64,000 nt of DNA, taken from contig CBDDCA010000006.1 of the NCBI GenBank assembly GCA_965226055.1, forward strand, positions 736,001 through 800,000, read 5' to 3'. The position numbers and the translations under genes are program-made. Below, piece by piece: positions 38,062-49,138 of the stretch (the stretch's first letter is position 1; every line of letters starts with the position of its first letter). This stretch comes from Spirochaetia bacterium. GTDB lineage: Bacteria; Spirochaetota; Spirochaetia; WTKD01; G963693115. A model generated the notes under the pieces. That model did no database searches. It saw only the letters and a list, made by a program, of their open reading frames with translations, and was not told where the DNA came from.

Positions 38062-40377
38062 GTGAGTGAAATGATGAACAAAAAAAGACTTATTACATCA
38101 GCACTCCCATATGTGAACAATGTGCCACATTTAGGGAATCTTATACAGGTGCTTTCTGCAGATGTCTATGCACGTTTTTGTAGGAGCAGAGGGTATGAAA
38201 CAGTATATATTTGTGGAACAGATGAATATGGTACTGCAACAGAAACAAAAGCACGTGAACAAAAGGTATCTCCTCAAGAACTTTGTTCTCGTTATTTTGC
38301 TATTCATCGAGATATATATCAGTGGTTTTGTATCAGCTTTGATATGTTTGGTCGTACTTCTACCTCTGAGCAAACTGCTATTGTGCAAGATATTTTTCTA
38401 AAGCTATATCATGCTGGTTTTATTGAAAAGCAGACTGTTCAACAATATTACTCTGAAGTATCAAAGATGTTTCTTGCTGATAGGTATATTTTAGGTATTT
38501 GTCCACATTGTGATTATGAGTATGCACGAGGGGATCAATGTGAAAACTGTGGTACATTGCTTGATCCTACTCAGCTAAAAAACCCAATATCTAAAATAGA
38601 CAATACTGCTCCAATATTAAAAGAAACAACGCATTTGTATATCAATCTTCCAAAAATTTTGCCAAAACTTGAGGGATGGTTAGAAAGCGTAAAGCATAAC
38701 TGGTCTAAAAATGCTATACGTATGACAGAGGCATGGATACGAGATGGTCTGAAGCCAAGAGCTATCACACGAGATTTACAATGGGGAATCCCTGTGCCTC
38801 TTGAAGAATTTACTGATAAAGTGTTTTATGTATGGTTTGATGCTCCTATAGGATATATTTCTATTACCGCTACCCATACGCAAGAGTGGGAGAAATGGTG
38901 GAAAAATCCTGAACAAGTAGAATTAGTGCAGTTTATAGGAAAAGATAATATTCCATTTCATACAGTGATGTTTCCTTGTTCTTTGCTTGGTGCAAGTCAA
39001 ACAAAGGAAAGCGAATGGACTTTGTTGCATCAGATATCTTCTTCAGAGTATCTTAATTATGAAGGCGGTGCATTTTCAAAAAGTCGTGGTGTAGGAGTAT
39101 TTGGCAATGATGTGATGGACATAGGGTTGCCATCTGATATGTGGCGTTTTTATTTGTTTTATAATCGACCTGAAAACTCTGATTTTATGTTTACATGGAA
39201 AGATTTTCAAGATTCGGTAAATGGTGAGTTGATAAATAATCTTGCTAATTTATATCATAGAACTCTTTCTTTTCAATGTAAATATTTTGGTAACACGCTT
39301 GTACAAGAAGAGTACTTTGGCGAAGAGACAGAAAAAATATGGAAAGATATAAAGGAAAGAGAGGATACAATAACGCACTATCTTGAAAAAACTGAATTAA
39401 GGAGTGCATATCGTAGTATTTTTGCTCTTTCTGATTATGGAAATAAACTGTTTCAAGATATGGAACCATGGAATTTGCGAAAGCAAGATACACAAAAAAC
39501 ACAGTGGTTGATCCGTAACCTCATATATCTTTTGCGTGATATTGCTATTCTTATAGAGCCGTTTACTCCAATAATGTCTCATTCCATGTTATCTTGTTTG
39601 TATCCACATAGCTTTAATCGCAAGGTAGTATCTGATAGAAGTGATGATACTAATAACACTCACTTTTATACAAAAAATTACACAACATTTAATTGGAGTA
39701 TGCTAGGAACGCTAAAAGGAATACATACGCTTACTTCTCCTACGCATTTGTTTGCTCGTTTAGAAGACAGTGTTATTCAAGAATTAAGCGTGAAATATCA
39801 TGGAAAACAGGAGAATTTTGCTATGAATGTGTCAGAAACCTCTTTAGGAGAGAACAATAAAGATACGCAGGAGCTATCTCTTGCTCAGCAGTTTGCTCAG
39901 AAAGTTGAGTTGCGAGTGGTAAAAATTCTTACGGTAGAAGTGCATCCCGATGCTGATAAATTGTATATTTTACGTCTTGATGATGGTTCAGAAGAAGGGC
40001 GTACTATTGTGTCTTCAATTCGTCCCTATTATACCGAAGAAGAACTTGTTGGTCGACATATACTTATTGTTGCAAATTTGAAGCCAGCTAAATTTCGAGG
40101 AGTGCCAAGTAAGGGAATGTTATTGGCCACTGATCCGATAAAGGAACATAATGATGCAATAGAGCTTTTATTTGCCGATGAGTGTGAAGTAGCAACACAA
40201 GTACTCCCAGAGAACTGTACTGCTCCTCAGGAGTATACAAAGTTAAAAATAGATACCTTTGCTAACTTTTCTCTTAAAGTTGTTTCTCATGTATTTATGT
40301 TGGGCGATAATACTTCATTAAAAGCTGGTGAAAAGAATATACATACCAAAATTATCGCAGATGCAAATGTACATTAG
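38062..40377 (+). CDS. metG: Methionine--tRNA ligase with C-terminal tRNA-binding domain
   Basis: SALPYVNNVPHLGN, Zn-knuckle CPHC...CENC and FSKS motifs; start may be ATG 38071 or 38074. Confidence 0.97.
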   Translation: MSEMMNKKRLITSALPYVNNVPHLGNLIQVLSADVYARFCRSRGYETVYICGTDEYGTATETKAREQKVSPQELCSRYFAIHRDIYQWFCISFDMFGRTSTSEQTAIVQDIFLKLYHAGFIEKQTVQQYYSEVSKMFLADRYILGICPHCDYEYARGDQCENCGTLLDPTQLKNPISKIDNTAPILKETTHLYINLPKILPKLEGWLESVKHNWSKNAIRMTEAWIRDGLKPRAITRDLQWGIPVPLEEFTDKVFYVWFDAPIGYISITATHTQEWEKWWKNPEQVELVQFIGKDNIPFHTVMFPCSLLGASQTKESEWTLLHQISSSEYLNYEGGAFSKSRGVGVFGNDVMDIGLPSDMWRFYLFYNRPENSDFMFTWKDFQDSVNGELINNLANLYHRTLSFQCKYFGNTLVQEEYFGEETEKIWKDIKEREDTITHYLEKTELRSAYRSIFALSDYGNKLFQDMEPWNLRKQDTQKTQWLIRNLIYLLRDIAILIEPFTPIMSHSMLSCLYPHSFNRKVVSDRSDDTNNTHFYTKNYTTFNWSMLGTLKGIHTLTSPTHLFARLEDSVIQELSVKYHGKQENFAMNVSETSLGENNKDTQELSLAQQFAQKVELRVVKILTVEVHPDADKLYILRLDDGSEEGRTIVSSIRPYYTEEELVGRHILIVANLKPAKFRGVPSKGMLLATDPIKEHNDAIELLFADECEVATQVLPENCTAPQEYTKLKIDTFANFSLKVVSHVFMLGDNTSLKAGEKNIHTKIIADANVH

Positions 40378-40406
40378 GATACAGTATACATAGTTTTTTT
40401 TGCTAT

Positions 40407-41375
40407 TTATAGTATTTCTCCTATGAACTGAGGAGTATGATCTTCCATAATTTCTTTGTATGTATGTGTTGCTTGTTCATGCAGTTGTAAGAGATGTGTG
40501 GTAACAAAATGAGATACTTGCTTTTTAAGTATAGTCGCTTTGTTTTGTTGTTTCTCATCTACAATATGTTCGGTATCGTTTATAGGATACTGCTGTGCTT
40601 TTTCTAATACTTCACTGCATTTCTGTGGAGCGTCTACATGATATACAAGAGTATCCATCTGTAACTCATCAACTGACATCTTAGTAGATGCATTTACTGT
40701 TAATACATTTCCTTTTATGCCTAAGAAACATACATAGTCAAACCGTTTAAGAAAACTCGCTGTTTGTTCAATGGCTTGTCTACTATTTTTATCATTTTCG
40801 CGAAATCGTGTTCCTGAAGGAAACATAAATATGATGTTTCCTTCATTTTTCAATTCTTGCATTTTTTGAAAAGAATTTTTTGCCAATGATGCAAGAAGCG
40901 TTGCTTCGTCTTGTGGTATATTTTCTTGTTGTGCTCGAGCTTGATGAATGATAAGTCGGCTCATTGATTCGGAAAAAGCAAGAACTGCTTTATGTTCAGT
41001 ATTTAGTTTTGATGCTGCTAAAAATATGAGATTTTCAAATAAAGGGATTAATGTGGGATATTTTTGTCGTATAATACAGTACAAGCCAATGGAATCAAAA
41101 TTGCTATAATGCTCAGACATTATAATGCAAGATTTTCCTTCTTTTGCTAATTGTAGTAATGTTTCAAGATGTTCAGGATGTACTATGGTACTTTTAGGGT
41201 AAATATAATCTTCGACAATTTCATATACTAACTCTCTGTTTTTAGGGTTATACGGCTCAAATACTTTCGTTGCATTCAGTGTTTGAGAATATTGCATGCT
41301 TTGTATCATTTGTGTAATTTTTTCTTTTCGTTTTATGTAGAGTTGTTCCAGCTTTTTTTTATCTAATATGTCCAT
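40407..41375 (-). CDS. Glycerol-3-phosphate/lysophospholipid acyltransferase
   Basis: EHYSNFD (HX4D) and FPSGTR motifs. Confidence 0.85.
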   Translation of the reverse strand: MDILDKKKLEQLYIKRKEKITQMIQSMQYSQTLNATKVFEPYNPKNRELVYEIVEDYIYPKSTIVHPEHLETLLQLAKEGKSCIIMSEHYSNFDSIGLYCIIRQKYPTLIPLFENLIFLAASKLNTEHKAVLAFSESMSRLIIHQARAQQENIPQDEATLLASLAKNSFQKMQELKNEGNIIFMFPSGTRFRENDKNSRQAIEQTASFLKRFDYVCFLGIKGNVLTVNASTKMSVDELQMDTLVYHVDAPQKCSEVLEKAQQYPINDTEHIVDEKQQNKATILKKQVSHFVTTHLLQLHEQATHTYKEIMEDHTPQFIGEIL

Positions 41376-41394
41376 GTCTTATTATATGATTATA

Positions 41395-42252
41395 CTATAG
41401 TTTTTGTTTATGGGTATTTGCAATATAAATGCCTATGGTACACAGTATAGCAGAGAGAATATCTTGAATATTTACTGTTTCTCCTAGTAAAAATGCAAAG
41501 AAAGTAGTGATTACAGGGACAAATGTGGTGCAAAAAGACATTTTTAAGCTCCCAATTTTACTAATTGCTTTGCTCATAAGCAATACTGCTATAATGGATA
41601 CTCCAATGCCTTGATAGGAAGCCTGTATCAATACAGAAACAGTATCAGTTTTTAGTGCGGATATATTTCCCCAAAGAAGATAGAAAGGAAATATAGCAAT
41701 TAAACTAAAAAGAGTAGCACTGCTTGCTACTTCTATAGGACTGAAGGCATATTTTCCTATATTCCAAATACCAAAACTATGGAGAAACGCAGAAATAAGG
41801 AGTAATAGTATGCCTACTATTTGTAAAAAAAGAGAGTTTGTATAAGATGAGCCTGAGAGGAATAGGAATACTGATGCCACAATGAAACATAATGCCAGAT
41901 ATGTTTGTTTTGGAAACTCTTTTTTTGATAGAAATGCATATAAAGATCCAAATATAGGAGTAAAGCCTGTGATAATAATTGCACCATGAGTAGAACGAAA
42001 TAGTATCAGTCCATACAGAGAAAATAAGTTATACATGGTTCCAATACAAATACTTATTAAAAGGCAAGGGAACACAAGACATCGTTTTAGTATAATTTTG
42101 TACGTAAATGGAAGAAGGACAATAGAAGCAGTCAAATGACGTAAAAAAATAATATCAATGGGAGATAGTGCAGAAGAGCTGACCCCTAGACGAGAAATAA
42201 CAAACCAAAAAGCCCAGATAAACACGGTGATTGTTGCATAGACATACCCCAC
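41395..42252 (-). CDS. DMT/EamA family transporter
   Basis: About 10 TM helices; IWAFWFVISR...FLRH EamA pattern; GTG start. Confidence 0.85.
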   Translation of the reverse strand: MGYVYATITVFIWAFWFVISRLGVSSSALSPIDIIFLRHLTASIVLLPFTYKIILKRCLVFPCLLISICIGTMYNLFSLYGLILFRSTHGAIIITGFTPIFGSLYAFLSKKEFPKQTYLALCFIVASVFLFLSGSSYTNSLFLQIVGILLLLISAFLHSFGIWNIGKYAFSPIEVASSATLFSLIAIFPFYLLWGNISALKTDTVSVLIQASYQGIGVSIIAVLLMSKAISKIGSLKMSFCTTFVPVITTFFAFLLGETVNIQDILSAILCTIGIYIANTHKQKL

Positions 42253-42383
42253 ATAACTATTATATAGTATTATTCAATAATAATTCTGTAGATTTTTTTG
42301 TTATATTATGGCTATATCTTTGAATTTTGTAAATTAATGTATTTACTTGTATATTTATTGGCTTTTTTGCTACAATTATGAAT

Positions 42384-44018
42384 ATGAGAGCTTCAGATAT
42401 ATTGATTAAAGCCCTTGAAAATGAAGGGGTAGAGTATATTTTTGGTGTGCCAGGAGAAGAAAATCTTGATTTTTTGGAGTCCTTGCATACATCATCAATT
42501 AAGTTTATTCTTACACGACATGAACAGGGAGCTGGTTTTATGGCTGCTAATTATGGTCGTATTACCGAAAAGCCTGGTGTCTGTTTATCGACATTAGGAC
42601 CTGGTCTTACAAATCTTGTAACACCTTCTGCATATGCCTTTTTGGGAGCAATGCCCATGATAATTATTTCGGGACAAAAGCCCTTAAAGACAAAACAAGG
42701 ACGTTTTCAAATTATTGATGCTATTAAACTTATGTCTCCTATTACAAAGTTTTCAAAGCAAGTAGTATATCCTGAGTCGATACCAGCCCTTATACGAGAA
42801 GCATTTAGAGTATCTATGGAGCGTAAAATGGGGCCTGTACATCTTGAGTTGCCTGAAGATGTTGCGGGCAAAGAAGTAGCATCATTTCATTTATTTGATC
42901 CAGTAGGGTATGAATATCCTCAAGCAACAGATGCATCTATTGCGAAAGCAGCAGAGCTCATACATCAATCAAGACAGCCTTTGTTACTTATTGGACGTAA
43001 TGCAAACCGTACGCGTATTCGTAAGTCTCTTAGTAAATTTATCAATAAAACAAAAATACCTTTTTTTACTACACAAATGGGAAAAGGAGTAGTTGATGAG
43101 CGCCATGTATCGTATTTAGGCACTGCAGCGTTATCCGATTTTGATTTTCTTCATCAATCAATAAAAAAATCTGATTTAATTATCAATGTTGGGCATGATG
43201 TTATTGAAAAGCCTCCGTTTCTTATGGAATATGGAAAATACGATGGAAGAAAGGTTATTCATATCAATCATGTTCCTTCGGAAATTGATGAGATATATTT
43301 TCCTCAACATAATGTTATTGGAAGTATTTCGCATTCAATGAAAAAGCTCGGAGAATTAGTTTCTCATAAAGAGGAATGGGATTTTACTCATTGTTTTGAA
43401 GTCAGAGAGAAATCAAACGCACAGTATAAAAAATATGCTGATGATACACGGTTTCCTATGCTTCCACAAAGGTTATGTGATATTATTTATAATAATTTTC
43501 CTATTGATGGTCATTTATGTTTAGACAATGGAATATATAAAATATGGTTTACAAGAAATTATCGCAGTCTCACCTCTCATAGTTTATTATTAGACAACGC
43601 CTTAGCAACAATGGGAGCAGGACTTCCTTCGGCTATTGCAGCAAAGCTCATACATCCTGATAAGAAAGTGATTGCTCTGTGTGGTGATGGAGGGTTTATG
43701 ATGTCTTTACAGGAGCTTGAAACAGCAAAACGTCTTAATCTTGACCTTACTGTCATTATACTCAACGATTCGGCATTTGGTATGATTAAGTGGAAACAAG
43801 AAAACATGGGATTTGCTGATTTTGGACTTAGTTTTGGTAATCCCAACTTTGTGCATCTTATTGAAAGTTTTGGTGGTAAAGGATATCGTCCCTCAAATGA
43901 TGATGAGTTTATTCAGTGTTTTAAGGAATGTATTCACTCTCAAGGGCTGCATCTTATTGATTTGGCAGTAGATTATACTCAAAATGTTTCTATGCTTAAT
44001 ATGACAACAGAAGTATAG
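42384..44018 (+). CDS. Acetolactate synthase large subunit-like ThDP enzyme
   Basis: FGVPGEEN, RHEQGAGF, TLGPG and GDGGF...ND ThDP motifs; start at MRASD (or 42378). Confidence 0.92.
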   Translation: MRASDILIKALENEGVEYIFGVPGEENLDFLESLHTSSIKFILTRHEQGAGFMAANYGRITEKPGVCLSTLGPGLTNLVTPSAYAFLGAMPMIIISGQKPLKTKQGRFQIIDAIKLMSPITKFSKQVVYPESIPALIREAFRVSMERKMGPVHLELPEDVAGKEVASFHLFDPVGYEYPQATDASIAKAAELIHQSRQPLLLIGRNANRTRIRKSLSKFINKTKIPFFTTQMGKGVVDERHVSYLGTAALSDFDFLHQSIKKSDLIINVGHDVIEKPPFLMEYGKYDGRKVIHINHVPSEIDEIYFPQHNVIGSISHSMKKLGELVSHKEEWDFTHCFEVREKSNAQYKKYADDTRFPMLPQRLCDIIYNNFPIDGHLCLDNGIYKIWFTRNYRSLTSHSLLLDNALATMGAGLPSAIAAKLIHPDKKVIALCGDGGFMMSLQELETAKRLNLDLTVIILNDSAFGMIKWKQENMGFADFGLSFGNPNFVHLIESFGGKGYRPSNDDEFIQCFKECIHSQGLHLIDLAVDYTQNVSMLNMTTEV

Positions 44019-44047
44019 GGAGCTAGCTATAAGTTATGGAGAATGAG

Positions 44048-44971
44048 TTATGATGATGTATCGCTAATTACAATTCTATTGACATACAGTCCATTTTTAA
44101 GTTGCACAATATCATCATTCTTTGGATCCAGAATGCCTTTTCCATCAATCTGAAAATAGTAATAATGTGTTCCTGGACTAAGGGTTACATCTGCTATATA
44201 TGCTCCGTCTATGATAGTATTTTGTTCCATTTTCAATAAAAAGGGATCCCAGCCTGTAAAGTTTGCGTTTAGGTATATGGCATGTGCCTTACTAAGATCT
44301 ATAGCTGCTCCTCTCATAGCAGTAGAATGGAGGTTGATTGCTGAGGTAGCAGAAGAGAGTACAAACCGTACGCGGTTATTGCCAAGTGGTATAAAAGAAG
44401 GAATATATTGACTATCAAGTGATGGGATAGTGATAGTTGATAATGGTATTCCATTAGGATCTATAATTGTATTAGGATTGCTAGTATCATAACTCCACAC
44501 ACCATTGATGACCATTCTGTATTGCAATGTTGTATCATAGGCTTTACGTTGTATTAATTGTACCAGTACTTTTTTATTTGATTGTAATCGAAAAAAAGGA
44601 AGAGGTTCTTTATAATTATTAGTAGATGATGCAATGGATACAGAACTATTTTCGTTAGTATCAAAATAGGTGAATACGGCATATTTGTCATATATGAAAG
44701 GAGGAATTTGTTCTTTTATTGAACTGAGAGCCTGAAATAGTAAGGTATCCTGTAATCCTTGTTGTGTCTCAACAGAATTTGGTGGTGATGGAGCTTTTCC
44801 TACAAAAAAAGAAGAAATGCCTGTAGATACATTTTGTATAAATGAAGTAATTATTTTTATGAATTGAGAATTTGTTGTTTGAGAAGGGACTTCGGTAGTT
44901 TGGGATCTTGCAGAAATAGTAAAAAAGCACAGTATACATATAACTATAAAGTGTTGTCTCAACAATTTCAT
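44048..44971 (-). CDS. Secreted glycogen-binding (CBM48/AMPK-beta-like) domain protein
   Basis: Signal peptide; YRMVINGVWSYD and NFTGWDP...GTHYYYFQIDG...DP repeats. Confidence 0.75.
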   Translation of the reverse strand: MKLLRQHFIVICILCFFTISARSQTTEVPSQTTNSQFIKIITSFIQNVSTGISSFFVGKAPSPPNSVETQQGLQDTLLFQALSSIKEQIPPFIYDKYAVFTYFDTNENSSVSIASSTNNYKEPLPFFRLQSNKKVLVQLIQRKAYDTTLQYRMVINGVWSYDTSNPNTIIDPNGIPLSTITIPSLDSQYIPSFIPLGNNRVRFVLSSATSAINLHSTAMRGAAIDLSKAHAIYLNANFTGWDPFLLKMEQNTIIDGAYIADVTLSPGTHYYYFQIDGKGILDPKNDDIVQLKNGLYVNRIVISDTSS

Positions 44972-45122
44972 ACTATCATTTTCGAACAAAAAAGGAAGGA
45001 GCATGATTAAAATTTATGGGTAGTGTAACATTATTATCGTTATTGAGAGTAATTTTATATTATGGCATAATAGCTTTATGCCGATTATAATAGGAATAAA
45101 AGTATAGTACTCTTACGTTTTT

Positions 45123-47852
45123 ATGCCTGATCGGAATGAATTGTTACAATTTGAAAAACAGCTTCTCACTATTGCAAATGAAGATAGGATATATACCGAA
45201 AACCATCCTTTTCAATCAATACTTGATGCAAAGCGACACTTACAAAAACAAAATAGCGTGCTATCAAGTATTCTTGACACTGCATTAGAACAACAAGAGC
45301 AACAGGAATCTGAGCATAGCACTTCTTCTCAAGTCATAGATGCTATTGATAGCACTGATATTAGTGATGTATCACAAGAGCAAGTTCCAATACAGGAAGA
45401 GAAAAAAGAAAATCAGAACTATGAGTTTACTGAATTTGTTCTCCCCAGCAAATACAAGAGCATTACTGTAAGTGATGACGATACTACACAAGAAGGTGTT
45501 ATAGATGCTCAAGACATGGGCTCTCTCTCACTCTTAGAGGATGAGGGTACAGAGGGAGATCTTACAGATGAAACTGATATTGAACTCAGTGATTTAGAGG
45601 ATATACATAATTTTAGTATAGAGCAGTATGAGGATCAGTTAGCACAATCTTCTGTAGAGATTAAAGATGAACAAATATTACAGTTTATAAAAGAGGAATT
45701 TACAGGAAATCAAGTACAAGAAACTATCATTGAAAGCGAAGAAGAGGATGGTATAGTAGTTCAGTTTGAAGAAGAGGAAGAGGCTGAATTTTTTAATAAC
45801 TTAAAATTATATACTATTTTTCTACAAAGAGCTATTATTGAAACTATAAATACAAAAGATGATAAAATAGTTGTTTCTCTTATTGCTGCTGTCATCAATA
45901 AGTTATCTTCTAGCTATATTCGTAGAGTGTGTGAAGGAGCGTTAGGGTATTCAGTTCCTCTTTTTGAAGATTCTCATGTATATAAATTTGATGAACTTTC
46001 TGTACAACTAAGCTCATTAAGTGATACAGTACTAAGAGCCACTCGTAATTTTTTTCTGCGTATATTTCCAAAAGTTGCTGTTGCTGTTGCGTTATTATTT
46101 GGTTCATATCTTTGGATAGTGCAGCCATTACGAGCATGGTTGTTATATAGAGAAGGATACTCTCATTTACAAGCACAAGAGTATGAACAGAGTGAGACTT
46201 TGTTTCTTAAAGCAAGCTCAATACGATATATGGCTTCCTATTATTTTCGATATGCTGAAGAATATATTCAGCAACAATTGTATCTTGACGCAGAGAAGAA
46301 ATATGAACAATTACTATTTGGGTTAAATGATTCTTTACGAAAATACATAAAGCAACGAGTAGCACAAAATGATTATTTTAAGAGAATTATTATTGACAAT
46401 AAAGAATATGTACTAGCCAAGAGTGTTAATTATAATCGTGAGGGGTTTTTACACCTTATTTCTTTTGTACGTAATTATCAGGGAAATAATGAGTTAGCAA
46501 TACATCTGTATAATATGTGGCTTTTTAATCATAAGGATGACACAGAATTTATATTAGGAAAAGCAGATACCTACATAGATATGTACGATATGTTCTTAGA
46601 TGATACATACTTACACTATGCAAAATATGAGTACAATAAAGTAGCAGATATTACGCACTATGCTGTGCGTCAACAGATACCTATGCTCCGTTGGGCAGTT
46701 CGAGATAAATCATATCATGCACAGCAATTTATTGAAGACATGGTTATGATAAGGAAAATACTTACAAATGAATCATTTCAATCACATTTTTTTCTTGCGT
46801 ATACTGATACTATTGAATATCTTTTACAATATGATTATTATGATTATGTTCCTCCTATATTGGAAACACTTCTCAGTTCATTTTCGGAAGATCCATTTCT
46901 ACATGTATTACAAGCAAAATATCTGTTTAGGAATAAGGAGTACGCCCTTGCTCAAGAGCAGTTTATGAGAAGCGAAGTATTATATGAACAAAAAAGCACA
47001 CTTACCTTAAAAGATATATATCGTATTATAGAATCAAAAGTAGTGCAGGCAGAAATGGCATTAGAAAATAATAATCAAATAGTACTTGCTGAACAGTTTC
47101 TTAACGAAGCACAACATATGTATGAAGCACAGGCAAGTAATAGTTTTATCACAAGAAAAAATGATATTGCTCGATTCTATTTTTATAAAGCTAAATTACT
47201 ATTTTATCGAAATGAATTAGAAAATGCAGGACACTATGTTCGTAAATCATTACAAGAGCAATACAATACAGCACAGGTACACTATTTATATGCACTTATT
47301 CAATATGTACAAAAAAATTGGAATAAAGCAAGTAGTATGTTTTTGGATTTATTATCTTTTTATCCCGAAGAGAATGAAAGTAGAAAAAGGTTACTTGTTT
47401 CTACTGCTAATAGTTTGTTTAAGAAAGAAAACTATGAAGCTGCTATAGTACATTATACAGAAGCAATACAATTACAGAAGAGAATATTTAAGAGCGAAGA
47501 GGCAGTGTCTTTAATAGATAAAAAGCTGGATATATTTTTTGTTGAAGCAGTTAGCACTTTAGCATACTTAAAGAACAATATAGGTGTAGCTTTCTTTGAA
47601 TTATATCAACGTGATTATTCTAACAAAGAATACCTGACACGAGCATTACAGGAATTACGAGAATCTCACACTATGCTTCAAAATATATATCGTCAAGATA
47701 CTATTCGTAGTGCGTATACTGATCTTCCGTACACTAACTTATCGATAGTACTGGGGAATGTAACTGATATTGATATGAAAATATTTGAAGCAGTAGCCAC
47801 AGAGCTTCCTGATGATGGGAACAATGAACAAGTAGTGGCACTCTTACAGTAG
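45123..47852 (+). CDS. TPR membrane protein, probable periplasmic flagellar collar protein FlcA
   Basis: Acidic cytoplasmic N-terminus, single TM, long TPR-like periplasmic region; architecture as I recall it for spirochete FlcA. Confidence 0.65.
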   Translation: MPDRNELLQFEKQLLTIANEDRIYTENHPFQSILDAKRHLQKQNSVLSSILDTALEQQEQQESEHSTSSQVIDAIDSTDISDVSQEQVPIQEEKKENQNYEFTEFVLPSKYKSITVSDDDTTQEGVIDAQDMGSLSLLEDEGTEGDLTDETDIELSDLEDIHNFSIEQYEDQLAQSSVEIKDEQILQFIKEEFTGNQVQETIIESEEEDGIVVQFEEEEEAEFFNNLKLYTIFLQRAIIETINTKDDKIVVSLIAAVINKLSSSYIRRVCEGALGYSVPLFEDSHVYKFDELSVQLSSLSDTVLRATRNFFLRIFPKVAVAVALLFGSYLWIVQPLRAWLLYREGYSHLQAQEYEQSETLFLKASSIRYMASYYFRYAEEYIQQQLYLDAEKKYEQLLFGLNDSLRKYIKQRVAQNDYFKRIIIDNKEYVLAKSVNYNREGFLHLISFVRNYQGNNELAIHLYNMWLFNHKDDTEFILGKADTYIDMYDMFLDDTYLHYAKYEYNKVADITHYAVRQQIPMLRWAVRDKSYHAQQFIEDMVMIRKILTNESFQSHFFLAYTDTIEYLLQYDYYDYVPPILETLLSSFSEDPFLHVLQAKYLFRNKEYALAQEQFMRSEVLYEQKSTLTLKDIYRIIESKVVQAEMALENNNQIVLAEQFLNEAQHMYEAQASNSFITRKNDIARFYFYKAKLLFYRNELENAGHYVRKSLQEQYNTAQVHYLYALIQYVQKNWNKASSMFLDLLSFYPEENESRKRLLVSTANSLFKKENYEAAIVHYTEAIQLQKRIFKSEEAVSLIDKKLDIFFVEAVSTLAYLKNNIGVAFFELYQRDYSNKEYLTRALQELRESHTMLQNIYRQDTIRSAYTDLPYTNLSIVLGNVTDIDMKIFEAVATELPDDGNNEQVVALLQ

Positions 47853-47935
47853 CTAGTAATACATTTCAGTCGTATATATTTTATTATTCTTGTAATATGA
47901 GCTGGTAATCTAGTTTGTACTTTATACCTGGTACT

Positions 47936-49030
47936 TTATACAAGGGTAAGCCAATTATGCTTGTCTTCTAAGAGTCCGTATTGAATTTTTTTAAGTGTTG
48001 ATTGTAATATATGAGAAATTTCCCCTATTGTACCATCCCCAAACTGCACAGATGTTCCATTATAATGAAGTGTACCAAAATATTCAACACCTACCGCAGT
48101 GCCTGTTGCAAAACATTCCTTCGCATTACTCATAACTTCTTCAATAGAGATTTTTCTCTCATCCACAACAAAGCCCATATCTTTTGCTATACAAATAATA
48201 CTATCCCTTGTTATACCGGGTAATATTGTGTCTCCAAGCTCAGGCGTTACTATCGTATTGTCGTTTAGTACAAAAAATACATTACAGGATGCACATTCTT
48301 CAACATAGGAACGACTGACATCTAAAAACAATGGCTCAGTATATCCTTTGTTTTTTGCTTCTTGTTTTGCAAGGATAGAAATAACATAATTGGAGTTACA
48401 TTTTATCCAGCCAGTACCATTTGGAGTAGCTCTTATTTTTTCACTTACTATAAGTGAATGCTGGGTACGTGTATCAAGGTATTTTCCAACTTCTGTAGCA
48501 TACATGATTACCCATGGATATTTTGAAATATTAAGTCCAATACCACCTTCAGGATATGTAAAAGGACGAATATATACTGCTGTTGCAGTAGAAAAGTGAC
48601 TGTCCTTCCATGTAGCATCATATTGAGGAAAAAACCCTTTACTACGTGATAAAGAAAGAAGCTGTCTTGTTGCATCAATAAACATATGTGTTTCAAATGG
48701 AGGCATATACAAGGCTTGCATAGAAGCAGTAAAACGTTTTGCATTTCTATCAGGACGAAATAATGCAAGGGCACCATCCTCTTGAGGATATGCTTTTAAG
48801 CCTTCAAAGCATCCCAAAGCATATTGGGTAGAATAATTTACTAAAGGAAATGCTCCTGCTTCTGATCTTTTGTGTATAAGATCTAATTTTTCTTGTTCAC
48901 TTACCATATGCTCTTCGCTTCCCTTGTTAGGAAGTTCTGTAAAATGCTCTTCCCATACTGCTGCGTTGTTGTTATCTTTGTATTTTGCAGAATAACGAAA
49001 AGGGTATGGGTTAAATGAAAATCCACTCAT
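47936..49030 (-). CDS. ilvE: Branched-chain amino acid aminotransferase
   Basis: FEGLKAY, LFRPD.N, YIRP, K.NSNY, ILPGITR and GTAVG motifs. Confidence 0.93.
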   Translation of the reverse strand: MSGFSFNPYPFRYSAKYKDNNNAAVWEEHFTELPNKGSEEHMVSEQEKLDLIHKRSEAGAFPLVNYSTQYALGCFEGLKAYPQEDGALALFRPDRNAKRFTASMQALYMPPFETHMFIDATRQLLSLSRSKGFFPQYDATWKDSHFSTATAVYIRPFTYPEGGIGLNISKYPWVIMYATEVGKYLDTRTQHSLIVSEKIRATPNGTGWIKCNSNYVISILAKQEAKNKGYTEPLFLDVSRSYVEECASCNVFFVLNDNTIVTPELGDTILPGITRDSIICIAKDMGFVVDERKISIEEVMSNAKECFATGTAVGVEYFGTLHYNGTSVQFGDGTIGEISHILQSTLKKIQYGLLEDKHNWLTLV

Positions 49031-49138
49031 ACTAATTAGTATACATATAATGGAGAGTATATGCAAATAATTTTTTCTCAGTTATATGGTATAATAAAGA
49101 TATTATAGTGTTGAATATTTTTTCATAAGGTATAATAT